Source of the DNA: Haplodiscus bocki
Lineage: Eukaryota
Direction of reading: 5' to 3'
Length of the DNA stretch: 64,000 nucleotides
NCBI GenBank assembly: GCA_965655095.1
Contig: OZ296652.1
Span: 39,680,001-39,744,000, forward strand
Part shown: positions 54,201 through 64,000 of the stretch, one piece after another
Position numbering within the stretch: position 1 is the stretch's first letter
Layout: each line of letters starts with the position of its first letter
Notes under the pieces: generated by a model
The model's database searches: none
Seen by the model: only the letters and a program-made list of their open reading frames with translations
What the model was told of the DNA's origin: nothing
Made by a program: the position numbers and the translations under genes

Positions 54201-54701
54201 ATGATGTACGCGTTTGTCTGTTTGATAGTTAAATGATTTGTTTATAACGTATTGATTGAAAACTTCAATGTGGTAATGTGACCAACTTTTACGTACCTGC
54301 TCATGTAAACCTGGCTTTTATTTAACGTCTCCAAAGCATAGTGAATATGAAATAAACCTAACTTTTTTGCCGATGGTAGTGTTTTTTGTATAAAACCAGA
54401 GCAATACAAAAAACTAGCTCCAACAGTCGATAGAGAACAACTTAAAGTAGTTTGTGATAAAGTTTCGATCGCTTATCAACTATGGGGCGCCAACGTGGTC
54501 ATTCCAAATTCAGACTAACAGCGCTTTTTTATGGGTATGTGACCAGTATTTTGTTCTGTGGTATTTCCACATTTGGGATAATAAAAAGTGTAGCCCTTGC
54601 TACATATCTTTGAGCTGTTCTCTTTCTTGTAAAAATACAGTCAAGGTGCTCCGATCTTTAGAAAAATTTTCAACTGTTTCTTTACACCCTTGATTCTGAA
54701 A
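39287..54701. repeat. Domain containing seven ~808-bp deletion monomers mixed with full monomers (~2,758-bp long+short higher-order unit)
   Basis: Short spacings of 810, 810, 807, 807, 808, 808 and 808 bp start at 39287, 40097, 42856, 45615, 50328, 51136 and 53893. ORF offsets 42845/45604 and 43603/46362 are 2,759; 51697/54454 is 2,757. Confidence 0.92.
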
Positions 54702-57700
54702 TGCCCTCTCTCGATCGCCCCAAAAAATTGTCTGTGACAATTGTGGTAACCAAACCACAAGAAGCCATTTTGGCTCGCAAAACACATTCTGCTGGATCCC
54801 TTACTTGTCCATCTTATACCAATTTCTCAACAGAGTTTCAAGTTGAATTGGAATATCACCTTGCCAACAAACTTTCACCAGCAAATGCTAGAGCTGTAAT
54901 AATTTTGGCAATAGAAATTGTAAAAAATTTCTGTAAGTGTGAACTGATTAACCTGTAGTTCAAAATTTGCAAGGGAAAAAATGCATTTTGGAATATTTTG
55001 AAAAAAGAATGATGAGCGCATTTGTCTGTTTGATAGTTCAATGATTTGTTTATAGCAATGATGAAAGACCTTGGTTTGTAATTCACTAGATCCAACCTCA
55101 TTTTGGGTTTCGGCAGTCGAATCTTTGACCTTTTGCCGGATTGAGGAAACGCTTTGAGAACTTCAAGCAAGTTGTGGAGTGAGGAACCAAAATCTTGTTC
55201 GGCTAATTACTTGTTTTTCAAGAGAAAACGCTGCTTTGTCTCCAAACCTCAAATATGGAAAAATTTCTTTCCAGAAGATGTTCTATTGCGGCCTTTGCTA
55301 ACCCGTGCTGTTCGAAGCTCGGACTTGGAAATGTCAAAAAAATGTTGGTAAAATAGGTATATACCTTCAACTGACCCAAAATTTTGTTGTAATTGTTCGT
55401 AGATTGATACAAATTGTTCTAATTGGGATGTGTTTGTTCGACAGCCAACAATAGTTTCCAATCAGTAATTTCTGCAAAAATTATTTTAGGATGCATAATC
55501 GTGAAAGCAATGCGTTTGGATAAACAATGCGACTTCCAGCCATCCAGTGACGGCAACGCTTTTCTTTTGACCAATCGTTTTCACACGTCTCACTTTTAAC
55601 AGTAAATTGCAAAACTGTGGCATATTGATTGAAATGAAAACGGTTAAACAGGTCACTAGTAGAAAACACATCAACAAATCCGAATTTTTCAACAATCATC
55701 TTCACAATCTGTGCTGTTTTTGATATTTTCTTTCATTTTAGATATCCTTCTGATTGGCAGTTGAATCTACTTTAGACATGATAACCAAAATCTAAATCTC
55801 ACACAATCACACAAGCTGTCTCTCTATCAGGGGAACTTGTTCCAATTGTGCGTTTTTCTCCAACAAACTGTCACCCTACCGCATTATCCTTTTTATAGTT
55901 GAAAAACTTTCGAGACTACCTGTCTTCTTAGCAAGGGAAAAAGTTTCATGTGAGTGGTCTTCTCAGCCACTCTGTCGCCATATGGCAGCATCAATTTTTT
56001 AATTGATTTTTTTCATCAAACAGACTGTCTCCTTATGCAATTTCTACTTGCTGAATCTCCCTCAGAAAAAAAGAACAAAAATGAGGCTCACAAAGTTGAT
56101 AGAAAACGAACTCTTAGAAATTGTTCTAGAGTTTCTGTTTTGCATCAATTTTGGGTGAAGCATTGTGGTCAATTTATCTTGCGAGTGGAAATATTGATCG
56201 AAAACTTCAATGTGGTGGTATGACCAACTTTTGAGTATCTGCTCATGTGAAACTGGCTTTTATTTAAAGTCTCCAAAGCATAGAGAATATGAAATAAACC
56301 CAACGTTTCATCGATGGTAGTGTTTTTTGTAAAAAACCAAAGCAATACGAAAAACTAGCTCTAGCAATTGATAGAGTACAACTTTAGGTAGTTTGTGATA
56401 AAGTTTTGGTCGCTTATCAATTATGTGGCGCCAAGGTCGTCACTCCAACTTCAAACCAACAGCGTTTTTTATGGGTATGTGACCAACATTTTGTTCTGTG
56501 GTTTTTCCACATTTGAGATAACATAAATTGTAGCCGTTGCTACATATCTTTGAGCTATTCTCTTTCTTGTAAAGTTACAGTCAAGGTGCTGCGGTCTTTA
56601 GATTAGTTTTCAATTGTTTTGTTACGCCATTGATCCTGAAATTCCCTCCCTCGTTCGCTCCGAAAAATTTACTTGTGACAGTTGTGGTACCCAAACCACA
56701 ACAAGCCATGTTGGCTCACAAAGGACATTCTGCTGGATCCCTTACTTGTCCTTCTGGTGCCAATTTCCGAACAGAGTTTCAAGTTCATTCGGAATATCAC
56801 ATTGCCAACAAACTTTCACCAGCAAATGCTAGAGCTGTAGTATTTTTCGCCATCGAAAATTTGAAAATTTTCTATAAGTTTGAAATGGTTAACCTGTATT
56901 TCAAAATTTTCATGGGAAAAGATGCAGTTTTGAAAATATTGAAAATGGAATGATAAACGCATTTGTGTTTTTGATGGTTGAATGATTTTCTTGAAGCTAT
57001 GAGAAAGGATCTTGCTCTGTGATTCGGTCGATCCGATGTCGCTTTTGGGTTTCGGCACTCGAAGCTTAGATGTTTTTTCAGCTTGATAGAACGTTTTGAA
57101 AAAGTCAAGCAAATCGCGGAGTGAGGAATCAAGTTCTTGTTTGGAGATATCTACTTCTGTTACAGGAGAAAACGCTGCTTTACCTTCAAATCTCAAAAAT
57201 CGAAAAACTTGTTTCTAGAAGGCGTTCTCTTGCGACCTTCGCTAAGTCATGCTATTCGATGCCGGGACTTGGAACTGTCAAAAACAAGGTTGTAAAAACA
57301 ACTTTATACGTCCAACTGTCCCAAAGTTTTCTTTGTAACTGTTCGTAAAATGATACAATGTGAACTAAATGGGAAGTGCTTGTTCGACAGCCAACAATAA
57401 GTTCCAATCAGTAATTTCTGGAAAAACTGTTTTTTGAAAGAATAATCGTGAAAGCAATGCGTTTGGATGAACAATGCGACTTCCAGCGTTCCAGTCACGG
57501 CAACGCTTTTCTTTTGCCCAATCGTTTTTGCACGTCTCACTTCAAATTGTAAATTGCAAAACTCTGGCAAAATGATTGAGAGGAAAAGGGTTAACTAGGT
57601 CACTAGAAGAAAACACATCAAAAAATCCATGAATCAGAAGATTTTCAACCATCTAGTTCACGATCGGTGCTGTTTTCGATATTTATTCTCTTTGTGGAAG

Positions 57701-60700
57701 TCCTTCTGATTGGCAGTTGAATCTAAAGTAGATATGATAAGCAAAATATAAATCTCAGACAAGCTGTCTCCCTATCAGGGGAACTTGTTCCAATTAGGCG
57801 TTTATATCCAACAAATTGTCACCCTACCGCAATATCCTTGTTCTACTTGAAAAATTTTCGAAAAAACCTGTCCTCTGTCTTCTTAGCGAAGGGAAAATGT
57901 TTCATGTGGGTGATCTTCGCAGCTACTCTGTCGCCATATGGCAGCATCATTTTTCTATTTGATTATTTTCATCAAACAGGCTGTCGCCTTATGCAAGTTC
58001 TACTTGCTTCATTTTCCCTCAGAAAAAAAGGACAAAAATGTGGCTCGCAAAATTGATAGAGAACAACCTCACAAAGTTTGAGCTAGAGTTTCATTTGTGT
58101 ATGAATTTTGGGGAAGCAACGTTGTCAATTTAAATTGCGAGTGGAAAAATTGATTGAAATCTTCAATGTGATAATGTGACCAATTTTTATGTATCTGCTC
58201 ATGTAACCCTGGCTTTTGTTTAAAGTCTCCAAAACAAAGTGAATATGAAATGAACCTAACTTTTTATCGATGGTAGTGTTTTTTGTAGAAAACCAAAGCA
58301 ATTTGAAAAACTAGCTCTAACAATCCATAGGGAACAAATTTAGGTAGCTGGTGAGAAAGTTGCGGTCGCTTATCAATTATGGGGTGCCAACGTGGTCACT
58401 CCAACTTCAGACTAACACCGCTTTTTTTGGGTATCTGACCAGTATTTTGATCTGTGGTTTTTCCACATTTGAGATAATAAAAAGTGTAGCCGTTGATAGA
58501 TATCTTTGAGCCATTATCTCTCTTGTAAAGCTATAGTTAAGGTGTTCCGCTCTTTAAATTAACTTCAGATTGTTTCGTTACACTATTGATTCGGAAATGC
58601 CTTATGTCGGTGGCGCCGAAAAAATTACATGTGACAGTTGTGGTAACCAAACCACAAGAAGCCATGTTGGCGCACATAGGACATTCTGCTGGATCCCTTA
58701 CTTGTCCTTCTGGTACCAATTTCTGAACAGAGTTTCAAGTTGAATTGAAATGTCACATTGCCAACAAACCTTCACCAGCAAAAGCTAGAACCGTGATGAA
58801 AATCGTGATGGAAACTGTTGAAATCTTCTGTAAGTTTGAATTGATTCACCTGTAGTTCAAAGTTGTCACGGAAAAAAAATGCTATTTTGTTTATATTAAA
58901 AATGGATTGATAAACGCATTTGTCTGTTTGAGAGTTCGATGTTCTGTTTCAAAGCAATGAGAAAGGACCTTGTTTTGTGATTCGTTAGATCCAATCTCGG
59001 GTTTGGGTTTCGGCTGTCCAATCTGTAATATAATGCCAGCTTCAGGAAATGCTTTTCAAAAAGTCACGCAAATCGCGGAGTGGGGAACCAAAGTCCTGTT
59101 CGGATATACTTATTCTTTTAGAGGAGGTAACACTTCTTTGTCTCCAAATCTCAAAAAAGGAAATTTTTTTCCAGGAGACATTCCGTTGCGGCCTTAGCTA
59201 TCTCGTGCTAATCAATTCCGGGGCTAGCAAATGTCGATAACAATGTTGTAAAAATAATTTTATACGTCCAACTGTGCCAAAAAACTTTTTGAAACTGTTC
59301 GTAAAATGACACAATTTGCAGTAACTGGGAAACATTTTTTCGACAACCAACAATAGTTTACAGTCGCTAAGTTCTGCATAAAGTGTTTTTTGCATGCATA
59401 ATCGTGAAAGCAATGCGTTTGCATAAACAATGCGACTTCCAGCCTTCCAGTGACGGCAACGCTTTTCTTTTGACCAATCGTTTTCACACGTCTCACTTTT
59501 AACGGTAAATTGCAAAACTGTGGCAAAATGATTGAGAGGAAAAGGGTTAACTAGGTCACTAGAAGAAAACACATCAAAAAATCCATGAATCGGAAGATTT
59601 TCAACCATCTAGTTCACAATCTGTGCTGTTTTCGATATTTGTTCTTTTTGTAGAAGTCCATCTGAATGGCAGTTGAATCTAAATTAGACATGATAACCAA
59701 AATCTAAATCTCACACAAGCTGTCTCCCTATCAGGGGAACTTGTTCCAATTGTTCGTTTTTCTCCAACATTTTGTCGCCCGACCGCAGGATCCTTTTTGT
59801 ACTTGAATTTTCCGGGACTACTTGTCATCTTGGCTAAGGGAAAATGTTTCATGTGAGTGGTCTTCTCAACCATTCTGTCATAATATGGCAGCATCATATT
59901 TCTACTTGATTGCTTTCATCCAACAGACTGTCCTTTCATGAAAATTCTAGTTGCTTTCGTTTCCCTAAGAAAAAAAAGAACAAAAATGTGGCTCACAAAA
60001 TTGATAGAGAACAACCTCACAAAATTTGTGCTAGAACTTCACTTGTCTATGATTTTTGGGGAAGCAACATGTTCAATTTATCTTGCGAGTAGAAAGAAAG
60101 ATTGAAAACCTCAATATGGTTCTGTGACCAAATTTTGTGTATCTGCTCATGTGAACCTGGCCTTTAATTAAAGTATCCCAAACATAGTGAATGTGAAATG
60201 AACATAACTCTTTATCGATGGTATTGTTTTTCGTATAAAACCAGAGATATACGAAAAACAAGCTCTAACAAATGATAGAGAACCACTTTAGGTAGTCTGT
60301 GATAAATTTTCGGTCACCTATCTTTTTTGGGGCGTCAACGTGGTTACCCCAACTTCAAACTAACAGCGCTTTTTTATCGGTATGTGACCAGTATTTTGTT
60401 CTGTGTTGTTTCCACGTTTGAGATAGTATAAAGTGTAGCAGTTGCTACATATCTTTAAGCCATTCTCTTCCATGTGAAGCTACATTCAAGGTGCTCCGAT
60501 CTTTAGATTATTTTCTATTTGTTTCGTTACACCATTGATTCTGAAATGCCCTCTCTCGGTGGCGAGGAAAAAATTACTTGTGACAATTGTGTTAACCAGA
60601 CCACAAGATGCCATGTTGGCTCACAAAAGACATTCTGCTGGATCCCTTACATGTCCCTCTGGTACCAAATTCACAACAGAATTTCAAGTTGAATAGAAAT

Positions 60701-63700
60701 ATCACATTGCCAACAAATTTTCACCAGCAAGTCTTAGAACTCTGGTAAAAATCGGGATGGAAAATGTTGAAATCGTCTGTAAGTTTGAATTGATTCACCT
60801 GTAGTTCAAACTTGTCAATGAAAAAATGCAATTTTGAATATATTGAAAATGGGTTGATAAACGCATTTGTCTGTTTGAGGGTTCGATGTTCTGTTTAAAA
60901 CAATGAAAAGGGACCTTGTTTTGTGATTTGATAGATCTAATCTCATCTTCGGGTTTCGGCTGTCGAATCTGTAATAAAATGTCAGCTTCAGTAATTGCTT
61001 TTCAAAAAATCACGCAAATCTCGGTGTGGGGAACCAAAGTCCTCTTCGGAGATACTTATTCTTTTAGAGGAGGTAACATTTCTTTGTCTTCAAATCTCAA
61101 AAAACGAAATTTATTTTCTAGAAGACGTTCCGTTGCGGCCTTTGCTATCTCGTGCTATTCAATGCCGGTAGTAGGAAATGTCAAGAACATTAATATAGAA
61201 AAAATTTTGTACGTCCAACTGTCCCAAAAGTTTTTTTGAAACTCTTCGTAAAATGATACATTTTGCACTAACTGGGAAGTGTTTTTTCGACAGCCAACAG
61301 AAGGGTACAATCAATAAGTTCTGCAAAAAATGTTTTTTGCATGAATAAACGTGAAGGCAATGCGTTTGAATAAACAATGCAACTTTCGGGCTTTCATTGA
61401 TGGAAACACTTTTCTTTTGACCAATCGCTTTTCAACGTCTCACATTCAACAGTAAATCGTGAATCTGTGGCATAATGATTGAGAAGAAAAAGTTTAACTA
61501 GGTCTCTAGAAGAAAATACATCAACAAATCCAAGAATCAGAAATTTTTCAGCAATCAACTTCACAGTCTGTGCTATTTTCGATATTTGTTCTTTTTGTAG
61601 AAGTCCATCTGATTGGCAGTTGAATCTAAATTAGACATGATAACCAAAATCTAAATCTCACACAAGCTGTCCCCCTATCAGGGGAACTTGTTCCAATTGT
61701 GCGTTTTTATCCAACAGTTTATCGCGCGACCGCAGCATCTTCTTTGGACTTGAATTTTCTGAGACTACATGTCATCTTGGCTAAGGGAAAATGTTTCATG
61801 TGAGTGGTCTTCTCAACCACTCTGTCATAATATGGCAGCATCATATTTCTACTTGATTGCTTTCATCCAACAGACTGTCCCTTCTTGCAAATTCTAGTTG
61901 CTTTCGTTTCACTCGGAAAAAAAGAACAAAAATGTGGCTCACAAATTTGATAGAGAACAACCTCACAAAATTTGTGCTAGAACTTCACTTGTCTATGATT
62001 TTTGGGGAAGCAACATGGTCAATTTATCTTGCGAGTAGAAGGAAAGGTTGAAAACCTCAATATGGTTCTGTGACCAAAATTTGTGTATCTGCTCATCTGA
62101 ACCTGGCCTTTAATTAAAGTATCCCAAACATAGTGAATGTGAAATGAACATAACTCTTTATCGATGGTATTGTTTTTCGTATAAAACCAGAGATATACGA
62201 AAAACAAGCTCTAACAAATGATAGAGAACCACTTTAGGTATTCTGTGATAACGTTTCGGTCACCTATCTTTTTTGGGGCGTCAACGTGGTTACCCCAACT
62301 TCAAACTAACAGCGCTTTTTTATCGGTATGTGACCAGTATTTTGTTCTGTGGTATTTCTACGTTTGAGATAGTATAAAGTGTAGCAGTTGCTACATATCT
62401 TTAAGCCATTCTCTTCCATGTGAAGCTACATTCAAGGTGCTCCGATCTTTAGATTAGTTTCTATTTGTTTCGTTACACCATTCATTCTGAAATGCCCTCT
62501 CTCGGTGGCGAGGAAAAAATTACTTGTGACAATTGTGTTAACCAGACCACAAGATGCCATGTTGGCTCACAAAGGACATTCTGCTGGATCCCTTACTTGT
62601 CCCTCTGGTACCAATTTCTCAACACAATTTCAAGTTGAATTGAAATATCACATTGCCAACAAATTTTCACCAGCAAATCCTAGAACTGTGGTAAGAATCG
62701 GGATGGAAAATGTTGAAATCTTCTGTAAGTTTGAATTGATCCACCTGTAGTTCAAACTTGTCAATGAAAAAAAGCAATTTTGAATATATTGAAAATGGGT
62801 TGATAAACGCATTTGTCTGTTTGAGAGTTCGATGTTCTGTTTAAAGCAAAGAAAAGGGACCTTGTTTTGTGATTTGCTAGATCTAATCTCATCTTCGGGT
62901 TTCGGCTGTCGAATCTGTAATAAAATGTCAGCTTCAGTAATTGTTTTTCTAAAAATCACGCAAATCGCGGAGTGGGGAACCAAAGTCCTGTCTGGAGATA
63001 CTTATTCTTTTAGAGGATGTAACACTTCTTTGTCTTCAAAACTCAAAAAAGGAATTTTTTTTTCAAGAAGACGTTCCGTTGCGGCCTTTGCTATCTCGTG
63101 CTATTCAATGCCGGGAGTAGGAAACGTCGAGAACAATGTTGTAGAAAAAATTTTGTACGTCCAACTGTCCCTAAAGTTTTTTTGAAACTCTTCGTGAAAA
63201 GATTCATTTTGCACTAACTGGGAAGTGTTTTTTCGACAGCCAACAATAGTTTTACAGTCAATAAGTTCTGGAAAAAATGTTTTTGCATGGATTTTAGTGA
63301 ACGCAATGCGTTTGGATAAACAATGCGACTTCCAGCCTTCCAGTGACGGCAACGATTTTCTTTTGACCAATCGTTTTTACACGTCTCACTTTTAACGGTA
63401 AATTGCAAAACTGTGGCATATTGATCGAGCAGAAAAAGTTTAACTAGGTCACTAGAAGAAAATACATCAACAAATCTAAGAATCAGAAATTTTTCAGCAA
63501 TCAACTTCACAGTCTACGCTATTTTCGATTTTTGTTCTTTTTGTAGAAGTCCATCTGATTGGCAGTTGAATCTAAATTAGACATGATAACCAAAATCTAA
63601 ATCTCACACAATCTGTCCCCCTATCAGGGGAACTTGCTCCAATTGTGCGTTTTTCTCCAACGATTTATCGCGCGACCGCAGCATCTTCTTTGGACTTGAA

Positions 63701-64000
63701 TTTTCTGAGACTACATGTCATCTTGGCTAAGGGAAAATGTTTCATGTGAGTGGTCTTCTCAACCACTCTGTCATAATATGGCAGCATCATATTTCTACTT
63801 GATTGCTTTCATCCAACAGACTGTCCCTTCTTGCAAATTCTAGTTGCTTTCGTTTCACTCGGAAAAAAAGAACAAAAATGTGGCTCACAAATTTGATAGA
63901 GAACAACCTCACAAAATTTGTGCTAGAACTTCACTTGTCTATGATTTTTGGTGAAGCAACATGGTCAATTTATCTTGCGAGTAGAAAGAAAAATTGAACA

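Larger units (their letters stand above)
15200..64000. repeat. Head-to-tail macrosatellite, ~1.95-kb monomer, ~30 units including deletion variants; continues past the window end
   Basis: Marker (ATG position of tct-gaa-atg-ccc) at 15457, 17434, 19128, 21076, 21980, 23929, 25622, 27571, 29524, 31477, 33429, 35383, 37335, 39287, 40097, 40907, 42856, 43663, 45615, 46422, 48377, 50328, 51136, 51944, 53893, 54701, 56641, 58597, 60546 and 62492. Full spacings are 1940-1977 bp. The ORF track repeats with the same period. Confidence 0.98.

Noticed and set aside
55799-55814. 8-bp tandem duplication TCACACAA x2 in one monomer
   Set aside because: Private slippage mutation with no wider pattern.
15200-64000. 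Tandem multigene family of short functional ORFs (60-205 aa) in the ORF track
   Set aside because: The ORFs overlap on both strands, often start at non-ATG codons, and are broken by different stops and frameshifts in different units. Their recurrence simply reflects the repeat.
15200-64000. CRISPR array, integron-like cassette array or rDNA/histone/snRNA tandem cluster
   Set aside because: Whole monomers are homologous, with no unique spacers or cassettes, and I recognised no rRNA, tRNA, snRNA or histone sequence.

Overview
AT-rich eukaryotic-looking DNA with no intact protein-coding gene, RNA gene or CRISPR array that I can support. Bases ~1-15,200 are a patchwork of decayed mobile DNA: a 5'-truncated CR1/L2-type LINE (4918-6762, RT motifs plus a CAA tail), two opposite-orientation copies of a non-coding interspersed repeat built from ~28-bp subunits, and densely packed, stop-riddled gene relics (a zinc-finger fragment, a DEDD-exonuclease-like relic, Cys-rich ORFs) that look like remains of a Polinton/Maverick-like or endogenous DNA-virus element. 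From ~15,200 to the window end (~49 kb, running off the edge) is an uninterrupted head-to-tail macrosatellite. I count 30 copies of a marker (TCTGAAATGCCCTCTC and variants): 19 spacings of ~1.95 kb, plus deletion monomers of ~1.69 kb (x2), 904 bp (x1) and ~808 bp (x7), arranged into higher-order repeats of 6,494, 3,906 and ~2,758 bp. The monomer is a piece of the same gene-relic family seen in the left flank, so the array appears to be a satellite born from virus/transposon coding sequence. It shows mosaic units, templated-insertion junctions and an internal ~270-bp-spaced duplication in which the array's left edge falls. The Polinton attribution, and the resemblance to acoel (Symsagittifera-like) repeat DNA, are from recall and not from a search.
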